Positions 1-10,818 are shown, numbered from the stretch's first letter. The stretch is 64,000 nucleotides of DNA from Candidatus Poribacteria bacterium (GCA_965222225.1 CBDCTK010000002.1:4800001-4864000), one strand, 5' to 3'. Translations and numbers: made by a program. Notes: generated by a model not told the origin, from the letters alone.

Positions 1-2
1 AT

Positions 3-509
3 GATGCCACAATTTCCATTGATGGAGGAGATACCGCGCTGTTTTCCTTAATGGCATTCAACCACTATCACCCCGCGCACTTCCTATCTACAGGTCCCAT
101 CGGCGGGATTGGTCAAGGGGTGCCGTTTGCGCTTGCCGGTAAGTTGGCAAGACCGGATAAACCGAGTATCTTGATAACCGGCGACGGCGCCTTCGGTTAT
201 GGGATCATCGAATACGATGCCGCCCTCAAACACGATTTGCCTATCATCACAATCGTCTCCAGCGATCAGGCGTGGGGTATCGTTCGTCACCCGCAAATTA
301 AACGGTACGGTTTGGAGCGTGCCGTTGCTACAGACCTTCGGTCCGTAAGCTACGAGCGTGTTGCAGGAGCACTTGGCTGCCATGGTGAACTCGTCACTAC
401 ACCGGCCGAGATTCGCCCCGCATTGCAACGAGCCGCAGACGCAGGTGTCCCGGCTGTGGTTAACGTCCCTACGATGTTCACCAGCGCAGAAGCTTTCTAC
501 CCACAATAA
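3..509 (+). CDS. Thiamine pyrophosphate-binding enzyme (acetolactate synthase/oxalyl-CoA decarboxylase-like), C-terminal part, 5' truncated by window edge
   Basis: TPP motif GDGAFG...SSDQAWG and GxIGxGVPFALA; frame is open back to base 3. Confidence 0.85.
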   Translation, partial: DATISIDGGDTALFSLMAFNHYHPAHFLSTGPIGGIGQGVPFALAGKLARPDKPSILITGDGAFGYGIIEYDAALKHDLPIITIVSSDQAWGIVRHPQIKRYGLERAVATDLRSVSYERVAGALGCHGELVTTPAEIRPALQRAADAGVPAVVNVPTMFTSAEAFYPQ

Positions 510-707
510 ACGGAAAGTAGCAGGTCTTGATTGCATTTCGACCACATCGTCTAACCAGAGCACTACCCGATGCAACCATACTTCATTGCACGGCTTGCGA
601 AATCTGCAGAATCCTAATAAACTCTGGTAAACAAGGGGGATTTTCCCCTATAGTCATTGCAACTAAGAATTACACATGTGTTTATAACATACCCAATTTC
701 CCACCCA

Positions 708-754
708 TTCCCATTGAGCGGGTCGGGCTTCTAGCCCGACCCGCTCAATGGGAA
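708..754. repeat. Perfect 22-bp inverted repeat (REP-like hairpin)
   Basis: ttcccattgagcgggtcgggct-tct-agcccgacccgctcaatgggaa. Confidence 0.85.
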
Positions 755-858
755 ACGTTGCAAACCAGGAGATTGTGAGCTACGTTGAGCCAATTAACGC
801 TCATATGTGTAAATATAAATGCAAATGACTATAATGGTGCCAGTGTCCGCCTTCTCTC

Positions 859-1998
859 ATGCCGATTGCCCGTTTTTTTGCCACGTCCGCTAAAGGGATT
901 GAATCCATCCTTGCCAAGGAACTCAAGGAATTAGGGGTTGAAAACCTTAAGACAGCCAGCGGTGGAGTGCACTTTGAGGGTTCGATGGAGGCCCTGTATC
1001 GAGCCAATCTTTGGCTCCGCACAGCGAACCGGGTGCTCATGCAGCTTGCCGTCTTTCCATGCCCTACGCCGCAGGTCCTGTACCAAAATGCGCGTCAGAT
1101 TCGTTGGAGCGAGTGGATTTCTGCACAACAAACACTGACTGTCGATTGCAACTGTCGGGATTCGGCAATCACTCACTCCCACTTCGCTGCACAGAAGATC
1201 AAGGATGCAGTTGTCGATCAAATCCGAGACAATACCGGAAGCCGCCCGAATGTAGACACGCGGAATCCGGATGTCCGAGTCAATGCCCACATTGCAAACG
1301 ATTCCTGTGTCCTAAGCCTTGACGCTTCCGGGGATGGCTTGCACATGCGAGGATACCGCCGTCAAGCAACGGAGGCCCCGATTCGGGAGACATTGGCGGC
1401 GGCTATCGTCGAGTTGGCTGACTGGAACTCCGAAGGGTTCTTTATTGATCCGATGTGCGGGTCGGGCACCATCCTGATTGAAGCCGCTCTGAAAGCGCTG
1501 AATTATGCTCCCGGGCTTCTGCGCGTAGGCAATCGATGTTTTGGCTTTCAACGGTGGCGGGACTTCAACGGCGAATGCTGGGAGCAGATAGTCAGCGAAG
1601 CGAGGAATCGGATTCATGACAAGATTCTCGGTCGCCTGCTAGGGTACGACCTTTCACGTACAGCGGTCAACATCGCCAAAATGAATGTAAGCGCAGCCGG
1701 TTTGACAAATCAGATTCGTCTCTCGAGAGGAAATGTTTTAAACCTGAATCCTTCTGGACATACTGGTGTTATCGCCTGCAATCTGCCGTTCGGCGAGCGA
1801 TCTGGCGACGTGGAAGCACTTGCTCCTCTCTATAAAGGAATCGGTGACATTCTCAAGCAAAGATGCACCGGCTATAAGGCGTACCTTTTTACCGGCAACC
1901 TGAAGTTGGTGAAATCCATCGGTCTGCGTCCATCTCGTCGTTTTGCTCTGCACAATGGCCCAATTGAGTGCCGTCTTCTGGAATACGAGTTGTATTAG
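859..1998 (+). CDS. rlmL: THUMP-domain RNA methyltransferase (RlmL-like, 23S rRNA m2G)
   Basis: ANLWLRTANRVL, LHMRGYR, APIRETLAAA, DPMCGSGT, NLPFGER motifs. Confidence 0.85.
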   Translation: MPIARFFATSAKGIESILAKELKELGVENLKTASGGVHFEGSMEALYRANLWLRTANRVLMQLAVFPCPTPQVLYQNARQIRWSEWISAQQTLTVDCNCRDSAITHSHFAAQKIKDAVVDQIRDNTGSRPNVDTRNPDVRVNAHIANDSCVLSLDASGDGLHMRGYRRQATEAPIRETLAAAIVELADWNSEGFFIDPMCGSGTILIEAALKALNYAPGLLRVGNRCFGFQRWRDFNGECWEQIVSEARNRIHDKILGRLLGYDLSRTAVNIAKMNVSAAGLTNQIRLSRGNVLNLNPSGHTGVIACNLPFGERSGDVEALAPLYKGIGDILKQRCTGYKAYLFTGNLKLVKSIGLRPSRRFALHNGPIECRLLEYELY

Positions 1999-2240
1999 TA
2001 AATAATCGGACAAAAGTTAGTCATTGTGCTAGTCAAGGGGAGGGTTTAAAGTAGTTAAGGCGTGATGCGTAAGAAGACAAAAAAGAGGAGACGCCAATCA
2101 ACACGCGTACAGAAATTGTGACGAGGTGCGAGTATCTGCTATCTATCGGGACATCACAACAGAGGCTAGTGACCAAACGTTTCCTAGGTAACTTGTGTGT
2201 TTCACGACGAAGTTCGATCTGAATTTAGAGTTAGCAAAGC

Positions 2241-3437
2241 ATGAGAAATGTCAAGTCGATGGTGTCGCAAAAATCGATGCTCTTCACAGAGTCTGTCATC
2301 AGGGGTATGACACAACTCTGCATTCGTCACGGCGCTATCAACCTATCGCAAGGCACGCCCGGTTTTGAGCCGCCCGACGAGGTCAAGCAAGCGGTGGCGG
2401 CCGCCGTGCGCAACGGCTATAACCAATATAGCGTCACATGGGGAGCGCCGAGCCTTCGACGGGCCATTGCTGCGAAGATGACGACCTTCAACGGCATCCC
2501 GACCGATCCGGAATTAAATGTGACAATCACTTGTGGCGCCACCGAAGGGATGATGTCGACGATGTTGGCAATCATCAATCCCGGCGATGAGGTGATTGTT
2601 TTTGAGCCGTTTTATGAGAATTACGGTCCCGATGTCATCATCTCCGGCGCAAAGCCGGTCTATGTTCCGTTGCGCGATTCTCCAAGAGCGGATGGCTCTG
2701 TTGGATTGGCGTATGACGTGGACGAACTTCGTCGTGCTTTCAGCGGTAACACGAAAGCCATAATCTTAAACACTCCGAATAATCCTCTCGGTAAGGTCTT
2801 CGGGCATGATGAACTTAAGGAAATTGCGGCGCTCTGCTGCGAATTTGACTGCTTGGCTGTCACGGACGAGATTTACGAACATCTTATCTATGACAATCAG
2901 ACGCATATTAGCATCGGCTCTTTCCCGGAAATGCGCGAACGGACAATAACTGTGTCGGGTTTGAGCAAGACCTACTCAATGACAGGGTGGCGACTGGGAT
3001 ATGTTATCGCCCCACAGTATTTGACAGATTCCATTCGCAAATTTCATGACTTTTTGACGGTTGGGGCACCACACCCCTTGCAAGAAGCGGCTACAGTCGC
3101 TCTAGGGTTGGGCGCTGAATACTATCGCACCCTAGTCGAGGAATATGATGCTAGACGGAAAACCTTCTTGCGGTTGCTGATCGATGCAGGCTTCCACTGC
3201 TATCCCCCGGAAGGCGCGTACTACATCATGACGGAAATTGGTGATTTCGGTTTTGAAGACGACACGCGGTTTGCGCATTGGCTTGTCAAAGAGATTGGAG
3301 TTGGAGGGGTGCCCGGATCGAGTTTCTATAGCCGTCCGGAACTTGGTCGAACAAAACTGAGGTTCATGTACAGTAAACCCGAATCGGTTTTGATTGAAGT
3401 TGGAGAAAAGTTGATGAAAATCCGTGAGAAGATTTGA
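2241..3437 (+). CDS. PLP-dependent aminotransferase class I/II
   Basis: INLSQGxP, NTPNNPLG, DEIYE, SKTYSMTGWRLG. Confidence 0.92.
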   Translation: MRNVKSMVSQKSMLFTESVIRGMTQLCIRHGAINLSQGTPGFEPPDEVKQAVAAAVRNGYNQYSVTWGAPSLRRAIAAKMTTFNGIPTDPELNVTITCGATEGMMSTMLAIINPGDEVIVFEPFYENYGPDVIISGAKPVYVPLRDSPRADGSVGLAYDVDELRRAFSGNTKAIILNTPNNPLGKVFGHDELKEIAALCCEFDCLAVTDEIYEHLIYDNQTHISIGSFPEMRERTITVSGLSKTYSMTGWRLGYVIAPQYLTDSIRKFHDFLTVGAPHPLQEAATVALGLGAEYYRTLVEEYDARRKTFLRLLIDAGFHCYPPEGAYYIMTEIGDFGFEDDTRFAHWLVKEIGVGGVPGSSFYSRPELGRTKLRFMYSKPESVLIEVGEKLMKIREKI

Positions 3438-3580
3438 TTTGTGTAAACAATTTCAAGGGAAATCCTGTCTGAAGCATGGCTACGTTGTTGTTATTGTGTC
3501 AGTGTTTTCACTTGAACGTGCGTAAGACATTGTATCAGTTCTAGTCTCAAACTTTACACTGCTAAACCAAAAGGAGATTA

Positions 3581-4204
3581 ATGAGACACCTCAACGTTTG
3601 TTCGCTAACACTCTTTTCACTCCTCTTGCTATTGAGATGGGCTCCCGACTCCAATGCACGGGCTTTTAGGATAGCGAAACTTCCGGGCGCGGGACCTAAT
3701 TTTGGCTGTGCCGCTTGTCATGTCAATCCCGGCGGCGGTGGGGAGCGAAACGCTTTCGGCCTAGATTATGAAGCGATAGCACTCGCTGCCGGCGATGTTT
3801 ACACTGACGAGCTCGGTCAAAAGGATTCAGACGGCGACGGTTTTTCTAACGATGAAGAGTTCAAAGCTAATCCGCCAACTGAGCCGTGGAATCGCGATTC
3901 CCACCCACCGAACGTGGCTGTGGAGCCATTTGGTAAAATGTTTGCAATCTGGGCACGGCTCAAGCTAGAACCAATTGGATCTGGTCGGAATTTTCGCCAC
4001 ACGTCTGCGAACACTGTGCTGGAGTCGCCTACGGTGTTAAAACGGCCGCCTCGCCTAGTGCACCAAGCAGATTCCGTGGTAGTTGAGGACAACCCTTTCG
4101 CAGCCAAGAATGAGCCGCAATCGGATGCCAAGCCCTCTGTAACAAAAAACAAGAAGAATCTCAAAGTTAGACAAAATCTCACGGGCGGGGTACGTAAGGA
4201 ATAG
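3581..4204 (+). CDS. Secreted temptin-like protein with CxxCH, DSDGDG Ca-binding loop and Poribacteria-type C-terminal motif
   Basis: Signal peptide; CAACHVNPGGGGERNAFGLDY; DSDGDGFSNDEE; AVEPFGKMFAIWARLK; RBS aaggag. Confidence 0.7.
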   Translation: MRHLNVCSLTLFSLLLLLRWAPDSNARAFRIAKLPGAGPNFGCAACHVNPGGGGERNAFGLDYEAIALAAGDVYTDELGQKDSDGDGFSNDEEFKANPPTEPWNRDSHPPNVAVEPFGKMFAIWARLKLEPIGSGRNFRHTSANTVLESPTVLKRPPRLVHQADSVVVEDNPFAAKNEPQSDAKPSVTKNKKNLKVRQNLTGGVRKE

Positions 4205-4500
4205 GTTTCGATTGAACATACGCAACTCAATCTTTGAAGTCCTGTAGTTCTCCAACTTATCTCCGAATAACACAATGCGCCATATCCGTTGTCTGGACGA
4301 CTGAACACCGTTCGCAGTTTTCAAGTAAGGCCGCAGGTCAGAAATTTGATTGGCAATCTAAGCGTCACACGGCTAGATGAAACCTAGGTTGGAGCTTGTT
4401 TCTATTGAATCCAAATCCGAGACTAGCCGAATTTTCGCGCCGAACGCGTCGCCGTTCATTGTTACATCTCGAATCCGGGAATCGTAGAATTATTATAGAA

Positions 4501-5925
4501 ATGGAAAAGAATACAAACGTGAAACTTCTCTATCCACGGATAGCACTACTCGCTTGGCTACTCGTAATCATCGCCTCATCTATCCAATCAGAAACCGTCG
4601 ACAATACTCACCATCAGCAAACATTAAACCTGACGCTTGAAGAGAGCATCACACGGGCACACGAAAGCAATTTGAATATTCTCTCACTCAAAGAGAAAGT
4701 AAACGCCTCTGAAGCTCAAGTCCGAGTCACACGGGCGCGTCTTCTACCCAATGTGTCTGTTACCAGCAACTACACGTATTTTAAAGACTTATCCCGGTCT
4801 GTTCTTGAATTTGGTAATAGCGGGTTTCCGGCGTTTCCTAGGGTAGATGGAATAGAGCAGAACGGAGGGAATGGCTCGGAGCAATCAGTCATTGAGATAG
4901 AATTCGGCGCGCATCACAACCTCCAAGCAACGCTCGGTCTACGCCAACCTGTCTTTGCGTGGGGGCGTTATTTCAATGCCTATAAAGGGGCGCAACTAGA
5001 CCTGGAAGCCGCAAAAAAAGAGTTGCAGTCGGGCATAAATCAACTCTCTTTGGACGTGTCGGAAGCGTTTCACGGGATACTCCTCGCACAAGAATTCGCG
5101 AACGTAGCGCAGCAAACGCTCGATCTCGTGCAGGAGCAACTTAATATGGCGCAGAAGAAGTTTAGCGCGGGTGCCGTCACAAACTTTGATGTGTTGCGTG
5201 CCGAGGTACAGTTGGCTAATACCAAAACTCAACTGATACAGTCGCGGAATCGCGTAGTCGTTGCCCAGAATGCCTTCAAAAACCTGCTCAACATCAATCT
5301 TGCCGACAAGATTCACCTGACCGGGAGTTTCGATATTCCAGAGGTATCCAATCTCAAACTTGACGCTCTTATACTATTAGGCAAGAAGAACCGTCCGGAG
5401 ATCCAGCAACTTGAACTCAGCGAGGCTGCCGGTCGGAAACGCCTAGATGTCGCGAAAACCGGCAATCGCCCCGATGTTTCCCTATTTTCAAACTATCAAG
5501 TTGATGACAACGAAAAACTCACGAAGATGAACCGAATCTGGAACGTTGGTGTACAGATTAACATTCCAATATTCGATGGCATGGCGACTCGAGCAACCGT
5601 GCAGCAGACGAAGTCCGGATTGGAGCAGGTGCAACTTGCCAAACATCAAAGAATCAATATTGTAGAATTCGAGGTACGGACGGCTTATCTCAACCTCATA
5701 CAAGCGAAGTCATCAATTGATGTTCAGAAAGAGACAGTAGCCCAAGCCGAGGAAAGTATGCGGATCGCAAATCTACGTTACGACAACGGAATGCTAACCA
5801 GCGTCGAGTTGACTGACGCACAACTCGCCCTTGCCCAAGCGGAAGTCAATCATCTTCAAGCGAGTCACGATTATGTAGTCGAATTTGCGCGGTTGGAAAG
5901 GGCGGTAGGACAGCCGTTGAGGTGA
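4501..5925 (+). CDS. TolC-family outer membrane efflux protein
   Basis: Two OEP repeats (LTLEESI, RARLLPNVS, NRPEI, IPIFDG, RYDNG, LERAVG); start placed at ATG 4501. Confidence 0.9.
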   Translation: MEKNTNVKLLYPRIALLAWLLVIIASSIQSETVDNTHHQQTLNLTLEESITRAHESNLNILSLKEKVNASEAQVRVTRARLLPNVSVTSNYTYFKDLSRSVLEFGNSGFPAFPRVDGIEQNGGNGSEQSVIEIEFGAHHNLQATLGLRQPVFAWGRYFNAYKGAQLDLEAAKKELQSGINQLSLDVSEAFHGILLAQEFANVAQQTLDLVQEQLNMAQKKFSAGAVTNFDVLRAEVQLANTKTQLIQSRNRVVVAQNAFKNLLNINLADKIHLTGSFDIPEVSNLKLDALILLGKKNRPEIQQLELSEAAGRKRLDVAKTGNRPDVSLFSNYQVDDNEKLTKMNRIWNVGVQINIPIFDGMATRATVQQTKSGLEQVQLAKHQRINIVEFEVRTAYLNLIQAKSSIDVQKETVAQAEESMRIANLRYDNGMLTSVELTDAQLALAQAEVNHLQASHDYVVEFARLERAVGQPLR

Positions 5926-6184
5926 ACACTGTCGGCATAACTACGGTTGGAACACGCAAAACGTCCAGATTTGAAAGAAATGAGATAATTCGCAAGTGCT
6001 CAGCTATGGCAGGTAGCGGTTGGGTTTCACTGGGATCTCTATCGATCAACCGACCAAATAGATCCGATTTGCGTAAATCTTAACCCGTTGGGAAATGCCC
6101 TTCACAACTGCCAAAAAGCCGATCGGTGATGATTGACAACAATGGTTCGGGACATAGCGTAGCGCATTATCCACACTACCTGCG

Positions 6185-6568
6185 CTAAGATTCTCGCCGT
6201 TCGCCAATACAGTAACACAAACCGTCGGGCGCGATGATGAAAAATAGAACGTACGGTTCATCAACTTGGTAGTCTGCCTCTTCTCTGTCTAAGCCGTTAG
6301 CTTTCAATTCGCTAAAGGCAAGTTCTACGTCATCGACTTCAAAGAAACAACCCTCATTCGAGGGATCGCCGCCATTCTCCGCTAAACCAATCTGAACCTC
6401 GTCTCTTGATAACACTGCGGACTTGTGAGGGATGTCTTGCCTCGCTTCCAGCTTAAATCCCATGACGGTTTCGTAAAAAGGTATCGCCTGATCCAAATCT
6501 TCAACAGGAAGGTTCATGGCATCGTCCAGATATGGGCTTGCCTTTTTGAAGCTAGCCTTGGTACTCAT
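6185..6568 (-). CDS. VOC/glyoxalase family protein
   Basis: LPVEDLDQAIPFYETVMGF, FEVDDVE, APDG. Confidence 0.85.
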   Translation of the reverse strand: MSTKASFKKASPYLDDAMNLPVEDLDQAIPFYETVMGFKLEARQDIPHKSAVLSRDEVQIGLAENGGDPSNEGCFFEVDDVELAFSELKANGLDREEADYQVDEPYVLFFIIAPDGLCYCIGERRES

Positions 6569-6741
6569 GTGACATTCCTTTCACCCCCGATAGTACAATA
6601 AATAGGTTCTCGGACTTGTACAGTTGCATGTTATCTATGCAACGTAACGATCGTGTTTCCTGAGGCGTTACATAACCTAGGTTGCTACCCTTCTCGGCAG
6701 GCGGAGTTTTTCGACAACTGAAGAATAACAAAACATCAAAT

Positions 6742-7812
6742 TTAGTCCAAACAAATCTCCCGCGCTACAGCATTAGCCCCCGCCACCGGCAGCACTTTGC
6801 CTATCCCATTGCGTACAACATCGAACAGATCCGTGTTATCCATCAAGCCGCCGATTCGTTGCGCATTGGGTCCCCAACCGTAGACGGGAACGTTCGTAAT
6901 TGTGTGCCCGTCGGTGGACCACGAAACAGTTGGAAAATTACCCACCCCATTGCTCTCCAGAACCTGCAATCCCCCGGTTTCGTGATCGGCAGTGACAATG
7001 ACAAGCGTATCGTTGCGTCCCTCGCTCCAGTCCATAACAACTCTCAAAGTTTTGGAAAACTCAATTGTCTCGCAGACATTGCGCTCAATATCGTTGGAAT
7101 GTCCCGCGTGATCTATCCTGCCGCCTTCAATCATCAGAAAAAGCCCTGCCGGATTTCGAGCCAATATGTCCAAAGCGGTTGCCGTCATTTCCGATAGGTG
7201 AGGGAGATTGCCTAACCCATCATACTCGTAAGGGAGATTTGTGTCGCCAAACTGACCGGAAACCCACGAAAGCTTTTCCGTATCTAGTGTTAACAATCCC
7301 TGTCGATCGCTTACAACGGTGTAGTTTGCAGCTTCTGCTGCATCGGCAGAAACGCCGTTGCCACCACCGCCAAACAACACGTTCGGTCGGGTGTGGTTCA
7401 GGTAGTCGTCCGCAATCTCCGCCAGATTGCTACGTTCAGGGTTATGGGCGCCAAAGGCTGCCGGCGTCGCGTGGGTAATAAACGTCGTGGAAACCAATCC
7501 CGTACTCTTGCCTTGATCTCTGAAATACTCTAGGAGAGTGTACAATGCACGCCCGTCTCCAGGTAACGCGGTGCTAAGAACGCCATTGTTGACCTTGAAT
7601 CCGGTAGCCAAAGCGGTTGCGGCTGCGGCTGAGTCGGTCATGGACGAATCCGCCGAGTGCGTCGTCACTTCACCTTGGTAAGGAAATGCTTCAAATGACA
7701 GGGTGCCTGCCTCGCCATGCGCATACAGTCCGGCGGCTTTCACTTTCTCAAATCCCATCCCGTCGCCGATGCAAAAGATAACATTTTTAGGCAATTTCGG
7801 CTCACCCCTCAT
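6742..7812 (-). CDS. Alkaline phosphatase
   Basis: NVIFCIGDGMG, TDSAAAATALATG, THATPA, EGGRIDHAGH, TADHETG. Confidence 0.92.
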   Translation of the reverse strand: MRGEPKLPKNVIFCIGDGMGFEKVKAAGLYAHGEAGTLSFEAFPYQGEVTTHSADSSMTDSAAAATALATGFKVNNGVLSTALPGDGRALYTLLEYFRDQGKSTGLVSTTFITHATPAAFGAHNPERSNLAEIADDYLNHTRPNVLFGGGGNGVSADAAEAANYTVVSDRQGLLTLDTEKLSWVSGQFGDTNLPYEYDGLGNLPHLSEMTATALDILARNPAGLFLMIEGGRIDHAGHSNDIERNVCETIEFSKTLRVVMDWSEGRNDTLVIVTADHETGGLQVLESNGVGNFPTVSWSTDGHTITNVPVYGWGPNAQRIGGLMDNTDLFDVVRNGIGKVLPVAGANAVAREICLD

Positions 7813-7893
7813 ACGTCTTCCTCTCTAGTCTATAGGTCTCTCTTAGTAATAGTTTAACAGTTGGTAGCACTCTCACTCTTCTCGGCAGGGAAT

Positions 7894-8772
7894 CTAACCG
7901 GACGCATACGGTTCTAATCGGATAAGCCGCGAGGCGCCATCAAAGCCCGCATTGGTAACATATTGAAATCGTCCAGCCCGATAGGCGTCCGCGTGCGAGA
8001 AATGAACGTGCCCGCAAAATATCGCGGCTATGTTATCAGACGCTCCCTCTGTTAAGAACCTGTGGAACTCCAATGTCGTTTCATTTGGGAGTAATTCCGG
8101 TTTGGCTGCCCTCGTTTCTTCCGTCCAACCCTCCGTAGCCGCCATCATGAGCGGTGTTTTCCATCGCTCAAGAACGGGGAACATGAGCGTATGAATAAAG
8201 ATGGGAATGTGAATAAACAACAAGCAGGGAGTCCCGGTTGCCAACTGGTCTTTGAAGAAACGCATTTGCGCGATTGAAATATGGTAGTTGCTGTTATCAA
8301 GGGCAATTAGTTTGACACCACCAATCTCTTTCACCTGGCATTGTGGCTCTCCATCAATTAACCCCGCAAAGCGAGGACAGTATTCGTCTCGGGTCGCATC
8401 GTTCCACTGCAGAAATGGAAAATGCCAGTCATGATTTCCTAACGTATAGAGATATGGCGAGGAAAGCGTCGTTACGCCGTCTGCAATCACATCAATCGCC
8501 GCCCAAGAAGGAAAATTGGTAATGTCGCCGGTCAAGATTGTCGCGTCAACTCCCGATTCATTGCTTCGGGCAAGTGCTTCAACGAAGTGCTTGTGCGCTG
8601 TCGGACGCTTCGACTCCCCCAATTGTATCAATTTTAACGCTTCAGGATCACGTTCATCAGCGAGGTTCAAGTGCGAGTCGGTAACGTGCATTAGCGTTAC
8701 TGACTGACGCAATCCCTCAATCTGAATCACTGTTTCAGTCGGGTGTTCCGGGTGAAGATGAGATATTTTCAT
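7894..8772 (-). CDS. Calcineurin-like metallophosphoesterase
   Basis: DSH, GD, GNHD, HIP, GHVH motifs. Confidence 0.9.
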   Translation of the reverse strand: MKISHLHPEHPTETVIQIEGLRQSVTLMHVTDSHLNLADERDPEALKLIQLGESKRPTAHKHFVEALARSNESGVDATILTGDITNFPSWAAIDVIADGVTTLSSPYLYTLGNHDWHFPFLQWNDATRDEYCPRFAGLIDGEPQCQVKEIGGVKLIALDNSNYHISIAQMRFFKDQLATGTPCLLFIHIPIFIHTLMFPVLERWKTPLMMAATEGWTEETRAAKPELLPNETTLEFHRFLTEGASDNIAAIFCGHVHFSHADAYRAGRFQYVTNAGFDGASRLIRLEPYASG

Positions 8773-8962
8773 GGGCGGCGTACTCCTTAAAATGAACGAT
8801 TGCCTCGCTAATTAGCACTGCTTTGATTCGGTATTAGTTCTCCCGCTAACGATAATTAGAGTAAATGTGTTACAGGACAATGGCATTCTCATATCTTTTT
8901 TGTGTCGGAAGGCTTTGATTTAAGAGCTCATTTCACTTCACATCATCGCCGAGAAATTCGCG

Positions 8963-8991
8963 TTGACTGGACAACGAATGCGGGCTAAAAT
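8963..8991 (+). promoter_or_regulatory. Putative sigma70 promoter for the MFS gene
   Basis: TTGACT-17 nt-TAAAAT. Confidence 0.5.
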
Positions 8992-9124
8992 ACGCTATAT
9001 CACGCCCGGTAACCAAAGCCGTTTATCCAGCGCCGCGCCCGATTGATGTTTACATGATGTTGAAGATGTCATAACAAAACGCATAATATAAAAAGAATAT
9101 TCCTCGGAACGGACCCACCCCAAT

Positions 9125-10375
9125 TTGACGACAAACATGCACAGCGCCACATCCTACCTACACCTACTGAGGAATTCCAGCCGCAACGTGCGTCTTTACT
9201 TTATCACCGCTAGTTTAATCGGTTTTACACTTGAAGGAGGGCATGCCCTCTTATTCAATCTGTATCTACTACGATTAGGTTACGGACCAGAATTCATTGG
9301 TCTAATCAACGGCATTGGCATGTGTGCATTCGCCAGCTGTAGCTTGCCTGCTGGCAGGTTAACCCAGCGCTGGGGATGCCGCCGGATGATGCTCACGGGA
9401 TTAATCTTGATTATTGTAGGGTATGGACTACTGCTTTTGGTCGAATTGGAACCCGGTATGTGGCGGAACAGTTGGTTGATAGCCACCCATGTAGTCATTG
9501 CTGTTGGTGCCGCGGTATATTTTGTCAATACCGCCCCGTTCTTGATGAATGCCACCAGTGAGAAGGAACGCAATCATGTCTTTTCGGTCTATGCCGCAAT
9601 CGGATCGCTAGCTGGTTTTACAGGTAACTTGGCGGGCGGCATACTTCCAACTTTTCTCAGCCTGATTCTAGAGGTCCCGCTATCACATCCCGCGCCCTAC
9701 CGTTGGGCATTGTTGATTGCCACGCTACTGCTGCTACCAGCTATCTTGATTGTGCGCGCCACTACGTCCGACTCTCCCCCGAAACGGTCAGCCGGAAAAC
9801 ATTGCGAGGGTGGTTCATCTCGCTTTTCTCTGATTCTGCTGCTGAGCTTCATACGGATGCTGACAATCACCAGTTTGGCGGTGGTGCACTTTTTCTTCAA
9901 CGTTTATTTGGACGCAGAATTGAATGTTTCAATCGCGCACATAGGCCTAATACTGGCAATTGGTAGACTCCTAGCTGTCCCCGCGGCATTGGTTATACCC
10001 ATACTCACGTCGCGCTGGGGAAATGGAGGAGCTTCGCTATGGTCGTCGTTGGGATCAGCGATTAGCTTAATCCCCTTGGCGCTTATTCCTCAATGGAGCG
10101 CTGCGAGTCTTGGATTTGTGGCGGTTATGGTGTTGGCGTCAATTCGGTATCCGACGTTCATGATTTACACGATGGAAGTGGTTTCACCGGAACAACGCGG
10201 CATTGCGTCCGGAGCCGGGGAGATGGCAGCAGGGGTTAGCTTCGCATTTATGGCGCTGAGTGGCGGCTATCTCATTACGGCGTTGGGCTACCACAGTCTT
10301 TTCCTGACGGGAGCAATTTTCACAGGCATTGGAACATTCATATTCTGGCTCAATTTCAGAAATCGGGGGAAATAA
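9125..10375 (+). CDS. MFS transporter
   Basis: About 12 hydrophobic helices, GRLTQRWGCRR motif-A-like. Confidence 0.9.
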   Translation: MTTNMHSATSYLHLLRNSSRNVRLYFITASLIGFTLEGGHALLFNLYLLRLGYGPEFIGLINGIGMCAFASCSLPAGRLTQRWGCRRMMLTGLILIIVGYGLLLLVELEPGMWRNSWLIATHVVIAVGAAVYFVNTAPFLMNATSEKERNHVFSVYAAIGSLAGFTGNLAGGILPTFLSLILEVPLSHPAPYRWALLIATLLLLPAILIVRATTSDSPPKRSAGKHCEGGSSRFSLILLLSFIRMLTITSLAVVHFFFNVYLDAELNVSIAHIGLILAIGRLLAVPAALVIPILTSRWGNGGASLWSSLGSAISLIPLALIPQWSAASLGFVAVMVLASIRYPTFMIYTMEVVSPEQRGIASGAGEMAAGVSFAFMALSGGYLITALGYHSLFLTGAIFTGIGTFIFWLNFRNRGK

Positions 10376-10446
10376 ACTAGGCGCGATAAATTGTCTAAAA
10401 CCCACCACATAGCCGGTATTCCTTCCAGCAGATTCTACTCTTTTAG

Positions 10447-10803
10447 CTAGCTGAGGTGTAGGACGATTTCGCCGTCTTCAACCGTAACAGGGTAAGTCTT
10501 GGCTTGAAGACGCGAATCATAAAGCGCTTTACCCGTTCTCAGGTCAAACTCCCACTGGTGCCATGGACACTTGAGAACTTCGCCGATTCCTTCATGCTTA
10601 AGTTGATACACGTCGGGCGAAGTTACATGGGGTCGAATCCGCCCTTGGCAAAGGGGACCACCTTTGTGCGGACAGAGGTTCTTAAGCGCGTAAAAACAGC
10701 CTTTGACGTTAAACACGCCAATCCCGCTGTCACTGCCGACTGGTACCAGTTTTCTCTCGCCGGGAGGCAGCTCCTTCACTTTTCCAACCACATGACGCTG
10801 CAT
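10447..10803 (-). CDS. Rieske [2Fe-2S] ferredoxin
   Basis: CPHKGGPL ... CPWHQWEFDLRTG. Confidence 0.93.
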   Translation of the reverse strand: MQRHVVGKVKELPPGERKLVPVGSDSGIGVFNVKGCFYALKNLCPHKGGPLCQGRIRPHVTSPDVYQLKHEGIGEVLKCPWHQWEFDLRTGKALYDSRLQAKTYPVTVEDGEIVLHLS

Positions 10804-10818
10804 CGTAAATCTGCTCCC

